Position numbers and translations under genes: made by a program
Notes under the pieces: model-generated
What the model saw: only the letters and a program-made list of their open reading frames with translations
Told to the model about the DNA's origin: nothing
Databases searched by the model: none
Assembly (NCBI RefSeq): GCF_006345805.1
Contig: NC_043023.1
Span: 8,308,001 to 8,372,000 of the forward strand
Reading direction: 5' to 3'
Source of the DNA: Octopus sinensis
Taxonomy: Eukaryota
DNA: 64,000 nucleotides
In this document: piece by piece, positions 12,550 through 24,911 of the stretch
Layout: each line of letters opens with the position of its first letter
How positions within the stretch are numbered: the stretch's first letter is position 1

Positions 12550-12640
12550 TTTTAGCTGATGAGTACGGGACTCGTTTATATGCTGTAATCTTTGCAACTT
12601 TTAATAAAACCTGTCCTTGTATGAAACGATCGTACTAAAA
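12550..12640 (+). ncRNA. Type I hammerhead ribozyme in the inverted pLTR
   Basis: ttttag CTGATGA gtacgggac (about 50-nt loop) gtccttgtat GAAA cgatcg TA ctaaaa. Stem I uuuuag/cuaaaa; palindromic CGAUCG at stem III; predicted cleavage after GUA at 12634. Confidence 0.8.
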
Positions 12641-12784
12641 ACCTATCCATTCTTGTTGCTTCTTTCTCGCTTATAATCACCCCACATTACTGTATTGTTA
12701 AATCAGTATTGTTTTTTTTGGTGCATCTAAGTTAGGTACCATATTCAAGTAAATTTTTTAAATTAACTTGAATCTTTATTGCTC

Positions 12785-12856
<72 letters not shown>

Positions 12857-13049
12857 AACACACACACAAATGTGAATGTATCTTTGCTATGGGATAATTT
12901 CCTGCAAACCGACGGCTCTTGTACATGATCACTTACACAACTATTGGTTTCAAAATTTGGTACAAGGGCAACAATTTCAGGGGAAGGGTTTAGTGGATTA
13001 CATTGACCTTAGTGCTTATCTGGTACTTATTATATGAAATTATTGTATA

Positions 13050-13520
13050 CAGTGCTCAGGTGCACCACAATTTGTCAAAAAGTGCGTATAAAGTATGTGC
13101 AGTAATGTACAAATATCTGGAAAGCGAATAATGTATGAGTCAGATACGGGCTTGCGTGTGTGTATGGAGGGGAGAAAATCAGGTGTAGTGTTGGTGAATC
13201 TCAGGAAGTTTTGAAGGATGCAGTGCCCCGATAACTAACAACTCATGTCGGCAGTTTGTTCCATGCTTCAGCAACTCTCAACGTGAAAAAATGTTTCCTA
13301 AAGTCATGGGAGCTGTGCTGTTTTCTGACTTTGTAAACATGCCCACGGGTGTTAGACGGGTGGAGTTTAAAAAGGTGCTCAGAGTTATTGTTTGTAAGAT
13401 GGTTAATAATTTTATGGGTGTCTGCCAAGTCAGCTACCAGATGTCGGAGTTTCAATGTATCCATGCCCAAGGAAATAAGGCGTTCAGGATATGGCAAATG
13501 CCTGATGGAGGGTATTCTCT
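13050..13520 (-). mobile_element. CR1-type LINE 3' end
   Basis: IPSIRHLPYPERLISLGMDTLKLRHLVADLADTHKII...TRGHVYKV...RKHFFTLRVAEAWNKLP is the characteristic CR1 ORF2 C-terminus. Confidence 0.85.
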
Positions 13521-13650
13521 TATATCGACCCCGAAAGCATGAAAAGCAAAACCGACCATGGCGGAATTTGAAATCAGAACACAAGGAAAGACGAAATGTC
13601 CCCAAGTATTTTGCCCGGACTGCTAACGATTCTGCCAGCTCGCCACCTTT
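13520..13650 (-). mobile_element. SINE family B, 5' part
   Basis: rc ggcgagctggcagaatcgttagc...ttcaaattccgcc...tttcggggtcgat. Confidence 0.75.
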
Positions 13651-13949
13651 AGTAATACTAATTTTCATATTAACACTCTATTGAATTAATCTATACACAG
13701 ATATGCATACATTTATGGTAACTAAAGAAATGATTAACAATCTGTTATTGATCAATTAGGGGGATATCATCTATGTCTAAGGTAGAAATGGTCCTGGTGG
13801 CGGAATCGAGTGGGTTGCGATAGTGAAATACAGAAGAAATCCTTAAGTCTGTAACAGATTAATGAGAAACTTATTTTGACCTTGGAAATACGACTTAAAA
13901 ATTTTACTTAACAACTACGACACTTAATTTACGTACATTAATATCAATA

Positions 13950-14310
13950 CATGTATGTATGTATGTGTGTGTATGTATGTATGTATGTATGTATGTATGT
14001 ATGTATGTATGTATGTATGTATGTATGTTTGCGTGTGTGTGTATGTATGTATGTATGCTTGTATGTATGTATGTATGTATGTATGCATGTATGTATGTAT
14101 GTATGTATGTATGTATGTATGTATGTATGTATGTATGTATGTATGTATGTATGTATGTTTGCATGTATGTATGTATGTATGTATGTATGTATGTATGTAT
14201 GTATGTTTGCATGTATGCATGTATGTACGTATGCATGTATGTATGTATGTATGTACATATGTATGTATGTATGTATGTGTTTGTGTGTGTGTATGTATGT
14301 ATGTATGTGT
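13950..14310. repeat. (TATG)n microsatellite
   Basis: Direct reading of the sequence. Confidence 0.97.
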
Positions 14311-14553
14311 TTGTGAGCCAGTCCAAATAATGCTAATTCCATAAAACTGCAGCGTGAAAAATTTATAGAAAAGAATCATTGAACGCCTCAAGTAAGAAGG
14401 CCTTTTGTTGTTTCACTTGAAAAAACATTTGGAACATAATAGTGTGACGACGACCAGTTTTTCAAGTTTTTCTCTCCTGCAACGCTTTGAAATTTGAGTA
14501 CAAAAGCAGTGATTAAACGTTCGTATTTGGTGGTGAACAATCATTATTGTCAT

Positions 14554-14567
<14 letters not shown>

Positions 14568-14626
<59 letters not shown>

Positions 14627-14739
14627 ACACACACACACACGCGCGCGCGCACGCCCACACACAATACACACACAGGCATGTCTATATTTCAAATATAAAA
14701 GTGTAACAACCTACCTTTTTTATGTGTGTTCTCTCCTAC

Positions 14740-14810
<71 letters not shown>

Positions 14811-14854
14811 GTCTATCTATCTATCTATCTATCTATCAATCAATCTATCTATCT

Positions 14855-14940
<86 letters not shown>

Positions 14941-14990
14941 GTATCTATCGATCTAGATAGATAGATAGATAGATAGATAGATATATGGTA
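14568..14990. repeat. (CA)n followed by (TCTA)n/(TCAA)n/(TAGA)n microsatellites
   Basis: Direct reading of the sequence. Confidence 0.95.
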
Positions 14991-15559
14991 GGTTGGCAGG
15001 GAGGTAGGTATGTGTGTCGGTAGGTAGATAGGTAGGTAGGTAGGTAGTAAGCTAGGTATACACGGTTAGACTTGAGACATTGTGTTTACTTGGATTCCAA
15101 AATACAAATAATAAAATATATATTGACCTTCACCGCAAACTCACTCATGATCTTCATATCTCCAGAGGTAGCAGACGAGAGTTCGTTTCATTTGTGTGCC
15201 CTGGATATTATTCAAGTTATGGCTGTCTTGAAACAACTGTCGAGGGAAGGCTTTATATAATTCTTCTATTTAGTTTGTTTCGTTCCTCTTCATTTTGTAT
15301 TCTGTATTTTGTGTGTTCCAAGCTTAAATGTATTTATCTACCTTGCTATCTCCATAACAGTTCGATAACGATTACACTTCCAGGTAACTGTCTATGCTGA
15401 AGAGCTGGTCGTGGATAAAGAGGATGTAGTCAAGTTCTCATCCATTTGAGTACTACACTAAGATATATACACTAAGATTATGTGGCTTTCATCTACTCAC
15501 TGTATATATACAAACAGACACAGACAGAGACATACACACGCACACACACATATATATAT

Positions 15560-15790
15560 TTCTTTATTGCCCACAAGGGTTTAAACACAGAGGGGACAAA
15601 CAAGAATAGACAAAGGGTTTAAGTTTATTACATCGACCCCAGTGCGAAACGGGTACTTTATTTATCGACCCCGAAAGGATGAAAGGCAAAGTCGACCTCG
15701 ACGGAATTTGAACTCAGAACGTAACGGCAGACGAAATACGGCTACGCATTTCGCCTGGCGCGCTAACGTTTCTGCCAGCTCGCCGCCTTG
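15560..15790 (-). mobile_element. SINE family B (full length)
   Basis: Reverse complement of the element at 2734-2960. Confidence 0.85.
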
Positions 15791-16304
15791 CACATACATA
15801 TATATACATAGAGAGAGAGAGAGAGGGAGAGAGAGAGAGAGAGAGAGAGATAAAGAGAAAGAAAGAAAGAAGGAAAAAGAAATAGAAATGTAATGTTTGT
15901 CGGCACTCAAACATAGCTGTTCTAAACCCCAGACCCTGAACGGTTTCGACCTCTTTGTGGTCATCCACGGTGGACGTACACATGGGCGCGCGCGTCAGTG
16001 TGGACGTGTATAGTGGAATAGTGGTGTAAGCACGGAACAACTAGTTTCAGCTGTTTAACCGCATCTGATCTCACCTGATACCGATTATTTCCCTATTCTG
16101 CCTTTCTTCTGTCATACACGCTGCTGCTCACTTGAATCACTGCCTTAAGCTAATCTTTATCAAGCAGTTATAACATACCGGTTATTTTAGTTGCTGTTCA
16201 AGTTAAAGCTTCGGCTATAAGTCACCATGAGCACTAAATGCATGTATCTATTATCTTTCGTCAGCAGACGCAAAATTACCAGAATTTTATATAAGCGTAT
16301 AAAT

Positions 16305-16818
16305 AGGCATAGGAATGGCTGTGTGGTAAGTAGCTTGCTTACCAACCACATGGTTCCGGGTTTAGTCCCACTGCGTGGCACCTTGGGCAAGTGTCTTCTG
16401 CTATAGCCTCGGGCCGACCAAAGCCTTGTGAGTGGATTTGGTAGACGGAAACTGAAAGAAGCCCGTTGTATATATTATAGGCATAGGAGTGGCTGTGTGG
16501 TAAGTAGCTTGCTTACCAACCACATGGTTCCGGGTTCAGTCCCACTGCGTGGCACCTTGGGCAAGTATCTTCTACTATAGCCTCAAGCCGACCAAAGTCT
16601 TGTAAGTGGATTTGGTAGACGGAAACTGAAAGAAGCCCGTCGTATATATTATCGGTGTAGGAGTGGCTGTGTGGTAAGTAGCTTGCTTACCAACCACATG
16701 GTTCCAGGTTCAGTCCCACTGCGTGGCACCTTGGGCAAGTATCTTCTACTATAGCCTCGGGCCGACCAAAGCCTTGTGAGTGGATTTGGTAGACAGAAAC
16801 TGAAAGAAGCCCATCGTA

Positions 16819-16902
<84 letters not shown>

Positions 16903-17130
16903 TGTGTGTATATGTTTGTGTGTCTGTGTTTGTCCCCCAAACATCGCTTGACAACAGATGCTGGTGTGTTTACGTCTCCGTAACTTAGCGGTTCGGCAAA
17001 AGAGACCGATGGAATAAGTACTAGTCTTACAAAGAATAAGTCCTGGGGTCGATTTGCTCGACTAAAGGCGGTGCCCCAGCATGACCGCAGTCAAATGACT
17101 GAAACAAGTAAAAGAGTAAAAAGAGAGTAA
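16305..17130 (+). mobile_element. SINE family A: two 5' head+core units followed by one complete copy
   Basis: The head...agaagcccg unit starts at about 16305, 16479 and 16654; only the last continues through (TA)n to the tail. Confidence 0.9.
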
Positions 17131-17134
17131 GAGT

Positions 17135-17335
17135 ATAGCGGGGAGCCTGTCCGAACCCACTGCTGAATCAGTTTTGATTTCTCTTATTGTTGCTAAGATA
17201 TCAGTAGCGTCGAAGGAAGGACATGTTGAGTATTCAAAGAAGCAAAGCTGCTTGAGTCAACTGAATCAGGGTCACTGAAAACAGAGCAGTATTAACTTTG
17301 CAGGATCTCAGCCATGTCCTGAATCGTAAATTTTG
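17135..17335 (-). mobile_element. CR1-type LINE ORF2 fragment
   Basis: rc: MAEILQS*YCSVFSDP...LATIREIKTDSAVGSDRLPA resembles the EN-RT linker of CR1. Confidence 0.55.
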
Positions 17336-17510
17336 TCTGCTGTTTTTATGAAATTGCTGTTATTATTGGGTTAAAGGTAATTTTCAAAATATATGAGTAA
17401 CAAACAACTTAATACATTCCTGGCAGTAAAGAAAGTAGACATTGTAACTTCTAAATGAATGACTATTCCTGTCATCATGTCTGAGAACTGGTATCCTCAA
17501 ACATAACCAC

Positions 17511-19855
17511 CATTCTACCATTTGTTTTGCCTTTATGCTCCCCTAAGGATGCATAATCAGTGAGCCCTGAGTTTTCTTCTGACTCAATTTATTGCCAGTA
17601 TTGAGTCCCTTTTCCTTCCCTTTTCACAACCACACACAAATATTGTGGGTTTATGTTCCTAGACATCCCTCTCCATCTGTGGCTGTTAAACCCACATTGG
17701 CCTCCCAGTTTTATCGCCAGTGTGACTGGATACAGTAGTTCCCTCTCCCAGAGACATCCTACCAAACTGTACAAAACCGTCCTGGTTCTATCATGTTTTA
17801 AAGATATCTAAATTAAATCCTTATTTTATGTTAATTCATGTTCCAAACATCAGCTTAAAAATGAATGTTATTTTCCTAAATTCTTTCTTATTTTCAAAAT
17901 AAATGGATATAAAGGTAGTATATTTCAACAGAAATAGGGTAACAAAAGGGTGAGCAAAGCTGAAAAAGGGACAGATCTCAGTGGTGTTACAACAGACCAA
18001 ACAACCTGCAGTTCTTAAGTCTCTGTGCAACTGTTAGATCACACAGGAGGACAATTTTGAACATAATTTTCATTTGGTTTACATTAAAATTAGGTATACT
18101 GATTTTTCAAAACTATAGTTAGTTTTCCTCTCCCATCCAAAATGCTTCTTCTACAGCTTACTCTCTGAATAAGCACTCTTGTATCTTTACTCATAACAAT
18201 GGAAAACATTTTATTTGTCATAGTTTTCACAATTAGTCCTACTTTAATTTGATGGTTTTGGGTTCAGAAATGCCCTCAGAAATTTTTTAGCATGTCGAGA
18301 TTTTCGCTAAACAGGAATTTTAACAAAGCTTTTCAGTCTTGCAATTAAATGCATACCAAAATAAGAAACTAATACAAAACAAATAGTACTTTTGTAGCAG
18401 GATATATCTCAAACAATCAACTTTAAAATGTACGTATCATCTCAATATTGTGGCTTCTTTACAGAATATCAGGGGACAGGTTGAAAGTTCGATAATATTT
18501 TATTGAAAATCGTTTTAGATTGTTTTATTTGCGTTTCCATCAGGTTATTCTAAGCACATATAGGATGGAAATTATATAAATATGATATTGCACAACAAAT
18601 TTCTAAAGAAATTCTGCAACTGGGAATTTGCCAAAAATTGCAAGAAACTCAAAATGAAAACAAGGTTTGTTTATCAAAAGATAATATCCAAATGGAAGCA
18701 AAAATAAGGGGGAAATCTGAGGAAAATAGGGGAATAAATATTTTTTTACGAAACAAATTGTTCTTTCTATGAAACTGAAATTAGAAAGTACAAAAAATTA
18801 AATTTGTTCAAAGGTTTTTGCAAAGAAAAAACGCATTTTTCTCCAAACCTGAATAATAACAGTCAAAGGGAAATAACCACAGTTCTTTAAAGGGATATAA
18901 TAAGAGTGCCCCTTTCTTACAAACACCCTAGCCGCATAGGCAGTTGCTGTGTTTGTTGTTCGTTAATAATTTTTTCTTCTTCATAAGCGATCAAAACAAG
19001 TTTGGAAATATTATTCTGTATGAAAACCATTTATGTCGATGTCTTTTATGAAATGTTGGCAATGTTACGAATGACTAAGAATTGACCACAGAAATATTTT
19101 GAAAAGTATTTAAAATATTCGTAAGCACAAATAACGAAATACACTTAGTACATTTGCTTAGACTGTTAATGGCAATAAGCGAAACTTCCAGTCTTCGAGT
19201 CACTCTGTAACTTTGACCATATTATATAAAATAAGACATATTTATGTTTCGTATTAGCGTAGAAATCAATTAATTTCACCTTCTATTGATCTATTTTTTA
19301 ACTTAATTTAAATCCTCATTTAAATCTTGCCGTCGCGTGAGATATATTTGCTGCGGAATAATCATTTGCACCAATAAAATATTTTGTCGAAATAAACGAC
19401 AAAACTGTCAGAAATGATCAAATGTCATTTTTTCCTCGTTGGAGCCTTTCTTTTATCAAATAAATCTTCTCAAATGTGTGTAATGTAATATTAACTTCGT
19501 GTTTGTCATGAGAACCCAGTTATTTCATATCAAAACAATTGTTGCTTCCCACTCCAATGTACACTTTTCTATATTTCCTTGTCATCCATCCATGGCCTTC
19601 TCGCTGGTGCTGTTAATATGAAATTGCGTCTTTATGTTTTTCATTCCACCCTTGTTTTTTTCCATCTAAGTCATTCGTAACATTGCCAACATCTCATAAA
19701 AGACATCGACATAAACCCACAATAATTGTGTGTGTTTGTGAAAAGGGAAATGATAAAGGACTCAAATCTGGCAATAAATTGAGTCAGAAGAAAACTCAGG
19801 GCTCACTGATTATGCATCCTTAGGTGAGCATAAAGGCACAACGAATGGTAGAATG
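17511..19855. repeat. About 145-bp inverted repeats (17511-17656 / 19709-19855) flanking about 2 kb
   Basis: atgctcccctaaggatgcataatcagtgagccctgagttttcttctgactcaatttattgccag is inverted at about 19768-19830, with flanking similarity on both sides. Confidence 0.85.
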
Positions 19856-20523
19856 GTAGAATGTGTTTATAAAACATCATTTTTTTCTTGGCTTTATTGA
19901 GAAAATTCTATAGTTTGTAACATATTTCCACTTTAAAATCGAGCATTTCGGCAATTTTAACCAATCGCTCACCTCCATTTGGGGTGAAAAGATTCCGTGC
20001 TGTATGAATATGTCCTTTGTTTAAGAAACAGATTGGGTTTATTTACATTTGCGAAGAAAAAAAAGATACCCTTCCCCCACCCCTAACCCTAACCCTAACC
20101 CTAACCCTAATTCTAAAATAGATTGAAATGCAATAGATCGATACTAGGGTCATAATTATGGGTGACATTTTCCTTTGACACCGCTAGAAAAAAATCCCAT
20201 TTTCCGTAGAGGTATCGTATGAAATTGTCACCCATAATTATGACCCTAGTATCGATCTATTGCATTTCAAACTATTTTAGGATTAGGGTTAGGGTTAGGG
20301 GGGGCAAGGGTATCTTTTTTCTTCGCAAATGTAAATAAACCCAATCGGTTTCTTAAACAAGGAACATATTCATACAGCACAGAATCTTTTCACCCAAAAT
20401 GGAGGTGAGCGATTGGTTAAAATTGCCGAAATGCTCGAAATTTCAGACGAAATATCTTACAAACTATAGAATTTTCTCAATAAAGCCAAGAAAAAAATGA
20501 TGTTTTATAAACACATTCTACCA
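19854..20523. mobile_element. Foldback/MITE element with about 310-bp TIRs containing (CCCTAA)n/(TTAGGG)n
   Basis: tggtagaatgtgtttataaaacatc... mirrored by ...gatgttttataaacacattctacca; arms pair along their length around a spacer at about 20170-20225. Confidence 0.9.
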
Positions 20524-20653
20524 GTATACGAAGTTAAAAGTGTTTAGTTAACTAAAAATTGTGTTGACATGTGCCGTTCAAAAGGAAAAGATCCCCAAAA
20601 AGAAGCACAAAGCAAGTCAGAATGAAAGCGAAACCTTACAAGATGGTACACGA

Positions 20654-20805
20654 GGACAACATATACTTGATACTAGCAAACAGCATACAACGAGAGGGAG
20701 CAAACATGAATAATTTAAGGAAAATTTAAGGACAACATATACTTGATACTAGCAAACAGCATACAACGAGAGGCAGCAAACATGAATAATTCAAGGAAAA
20801 TTTGT
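20654..20805. repeat. Two tandem copies of a 76-bp unit
   Basis: ggacaacatatacttgatactagcaaacagcatacaacgagagg...aggaaaattt starts at 20654 and 20730. Confidence 0.9.
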
Positions 20806-20975
20806 GGACAATAAATACTTTTATGAAACATTTTTAATATTCTTTTTCTTTGCGTGTTTTACTAGTTTAAGCTAGTAAGTGTTTGTTTAAAATATAATTT
20901 GTAGGTACGAGTATAAACGAATATACACACGCAGGTCCACACACACATACACACACATACACATACATGCATACA

Positions 20976-21375
20976 CTCTCTCTTTTACTTGTTTCAGTCA
21001 TTTGAATGCGGCCATGCTGGAGCACCCCTTTAATCGAGCAACTCGACCCCGGGACTTATTCTTTTGTAAGTCCAGTACTTATTCTATCGGTCTCTTTTGC
21101 CGAACCGCTAAGTGACGGGGACGTAAACACACCAGCATCGGTTGTCAAGCAATGCTAGGAGGACAAATACAGACACACAAACATATACACACACATACAT
21201 ATATATATACATATATACGACAGGCTTCTTTCAGTTTCCGTCTACCAAATCCACTCACAAGGCATTGGTCGGCACGAGGCTATAGTAGAAGACACTTGCC
21301 CAAGGTGCCACACAGTGGGACTGGACCCGGAACCTTATGGTTCATAAGCAAGCTACTTACCACACAGCCACTCCT
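20976..21375 (-). mobile_element. SINE family A (full length)
   Basis: Matches 805-1186. Confidence 0.9.
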
Positions 21376-22094
21376 GAAATAATATATAAATATATATGCA
21401 TACATGCAAGTATATACGTACATACATATATTTGTATATACATGCGTATATCGGCACAGGACACCACGAAACGTAAAGAACATAAAATAAATATAAAATA
21501 CGAAAATTCAGCCATAATCGAGTTAATATTTCTTTTCTAAACAGTTTTATTTTTGGATGGGATTCTGTGTTCTCTTTTCCATTTATGGAAACTATGAAAG
21601 TAAGTCGGAACACTCTGTATATGGCAGTAAGATTAGAACCAGGAAAATTCCTCACCACCATTAACAACACCTACAACAACAACAGCAGCAACAAGGCTCA
21701 GTGGGAATCATTAGCAAAATTATCATTTGCATAATGAAACGAGCTGAGAAGGAGTGTGTCTATAGAAGATATTATGATATTAAATGAATTAAACAGGCCA
21801 ACAGGTTGACATTAGAAGCTAGAAATGTTGAATGTATTCGAATAACAATAACGGTGATAGGATTATCACAGTAATTAATAAATAATTTCCATGGATCGAA
21901 CAGAGCAACAAATAAAACAGTCGAACAAGCAAAAAGAACAAGAGACAAAATAGCGTGTTACGATATGTGTACGTGCTTGAGTGTGTGTGTATGCATACAT
22001 AGGGTAAGAAAGCGCTAAACAATGTGTATAATTACCAGCTTGTTACCAGTTCAAATATGCTTGAGGCCTACTCGAATCCGTAAAAAAACCGTTC

Positions 22095-23087
22095 ACAGTA
22101 TATTGTTGTATTGGGGGGAAATTTTCGCTGTAAATACATAGGTGTAAACACACCATAGCCTAATGGTTAGGGTGTTACAGGTAGTAAAACAATACATTTC
22201 ACGAGTTGTTCTGTTATCATTTCGACATCTGACGTGTGGCACAGTTCTGGACATGTACAGGCAATGTCGATTTCATGGCAGGGAGCAAACCTACGAGCAC
22301 AATAACTCCACACCCCCACCAAATATATATATATATGTTCTTCTTCTTCTTCTTCTTCCCTACCAAGAATTCACACGAACCTTGAACCCACAAGAGTAAA
22401 CAAGAGAGACAAAGAAAGGCAGAAACAAGAAAAATGCCACTTATATTTGAACACTATACAAATATTGTTTTAAAACAACTTTTCTTTTAATTTTTCTAAA
22501 TTTAATTATTTAATTGTTACAGTTGAAATAATCTCAAATGACCGAAACCGGTTCCGAAATGTTCTTTATAAAATTATTTCAGCATTATCTATCTTGACTT
22601 GTTTTTTCATATATATATATATATATATACGTCATCTTTTATTTTTTACAAGTTTCAGCCATGCTGGACACCACTTTGGAGAATTTTAATCAAGTTTATC
22701 GAATCCAGTATTTGTTATTTTATTTGTTAAGCCTTGTATCATTGTATCGGTCTCTTATCCCAAACCACAAAGTTACGGATGTGTAAACACACCGACACCG
22801 GTTGTCAAGCAGTGGTGAGGGGTCAAGCACTTAGCACACATACACACATTTATGATGGGTCCTTTTCAGATTCCGTCCATCAAATCCATTCACGCTTTAA
22901 GTATATATATATACTTAATATTAAGGAGTAAATCCAAACTTACAGGGAAAAATTAGATTTAGGATTAAATCTAATTTTATAGTATAAATATATATATATT
23001 AAATTAGAGATAAAACCACTATTAGGCAAATCAAACAGTGAAAAACATAAACCAAAACATAGAAATAAAATTAATTAATATAATATA

Positions 23088-23160
<73 letters not shown>

Positions 23161-24157
23161 TTTGTATATTATATTAATTAATTTTATTTCTATGTTTTGG
23201 TTTATGTTTTTCACTGTTTGATTTGCCTAATAGTGGTTTTATCTCTAATTTAATATATATATATTTATACTATAAAATTAGATTTTATCCTAAATCTAAT
23301 TTTTCCCTGTAAGTTTGGATTTACTCCTTAATATTAAGTATATATATATACTTAAAGCGTGAATGGATTTGATGGACGGAATCTGAAAAGGACCCATCAT
23401 AAATGTGTGTATGTGTGCTAAGTGCTTGACCCCTCACCACTGCTTGACAACCGGTGTCGGTGTGTTTACACATCCGTAACTTTGTGGTTTGGGATAAGAG
23501 ACCGATACAATGATACAAGGCTTAACAAATAAAATAACAAATACTGGATTCGATAAACTTGATTAAAATTCTCCAAAGTGGTGTCCAGCATGGCTGAAAC
23601 TTGTAAAAAATAAAAGATGACGTATATATATATATATATATATGAAAAAACAAGTCAAGATAGATAATGCTGAAATAATTTTATAAAGAACATTTCGGAA
23701 CCGGTTTCGGTCATTTGAGATTATTTCAACTTTAACAATTAAATAATTAAATTTAGAAAAATTAAAAGAAAAGTTGTTTTAAAACAATATTTGTATAGTG
23801 TTCAAATATAAGTGGCATTTTTCTTGTTTCTGCCTTTCTTTGTCTCTCTTGTTTACTCTTGTGGGTTCAAGGTTCGTGTGAATTCTTGGTAGGGAAGAAG
23901 AAGAAGAAGAAGAACATATATATATATATTTGGTGGGGGTGTGGAGTTATTGTGCTCGTAGGTTTGCTCCCTGCCATGAAATCGACATTGCCTGTACATG
24001 TCCAGAACTGTGCCACACGTCAGATGTCGAAATGATAACAGAACAACTCGTGAAATGTATTGTTTTACTACCTGTAACACCCTAACCATTAGGCTATGGT
24101 GTGTTTACACCTATGTATTTACAGCGAAAATTTCCCCCCAATACAACAATATACTGT
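22095..24157. repeat. Near-perfect palindrome with about 1-kb arms centred on (TA)n at about 23126
   Basis: acagtatattgttgtattgggggg... at 22095 is mirrored by ...ccccccaatacaacaatatactgt ending at 24157; the ORF track gives identical peptides on opposite strands (22163/23853 and 22734/23321). Confidence 0.97.
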
Positions 24158-24289
24158 ATATATATATACATACATATATATATATATATATATAAACTTT
24201 TGTATAAGTTTTTACCGATAATGTTTTTTTTTCCATACCGAACTACTTGGTAAAAGTTATTAATTATTGAATTAGTAATTCTTTACCCT

Positions 24290-24302
24290 GTATGTATGTA
24301 TG

Positions 24303-24336
<34 letters not shown>

Positions 24337-24880
24337 TGTATGTATGTATGTATGTATGTATGTATGTATGTATGTATGAATGTATGTGTGTGTGTATGTA
24401 TGTATGTATGTATGAATGTATGTGTGTGTGTATGTATGTATGTATGTAAGTATGTATGTATGTATGTATGTATGTATGTATGTGTGTGTATGTATGCATG
24501 CATGCATACATGTATGTATGTATGTATGTGTGTATGTATGCAGGTATGTATGTATGTATGTATGTATGTAAGTATGTAAGTATGTATGTATGTATTTATG
24601 TATGTATGCATGTATGTATGCATGTATGTATGTATGTATGTATGTATGTATGCATGTATGTATGTATGTATGTATGTATGTATGTATGTGTGTGTGTATG
24701 TATGTATGTATGTATGTATGTATGTATCCAAGTGTGTATGTATGTATGTGTATATATATATGTAAGTATGTATGTATGTATGTATGTATGTATGTGTGTG
24801 TATGTATGCATGCATGCATATATGTATGTATGTATGTATGTGTGTATGTATGCATGTATGCACGTATGTATGTATGTATG

Positions 24881-24911
<31 letters not shown>

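Larger units (their letters stand above)
6298..12788 (-). mobile_element. Penelope-like retroelement (Naiad-like) with 3' pLTR, partial direct 5' pLTR and an inverted upstream pLTR
   Basis: RT + GIY-YIG ORF at 7828-10661; 10833-11297 is a direct copy of 6299-6760; 11298-12670 is an inverted copy of 6299-7660; 12671-12788 is an inverted copy of about 10718-10832; hammerhead motif in each pLTR copy. Confidence 0.92.

Noticed and set aside
13904-14960. Long ORFs such as [24 protein letters not shown] (also at 24264-25258, 26282-27160, 39710-40015, 53531-53947, 55160-55510)
   Set aside because: They are translations of (TATG)n, (TCTA)n, (CA)n and (TA)n microsatellites that lack stop codons by construction.
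18560-18772. About 70-codon open frame without a start codon inside the inverted-repeat interval
   Set aside because: No recognisable domain and no consistent splice sites.
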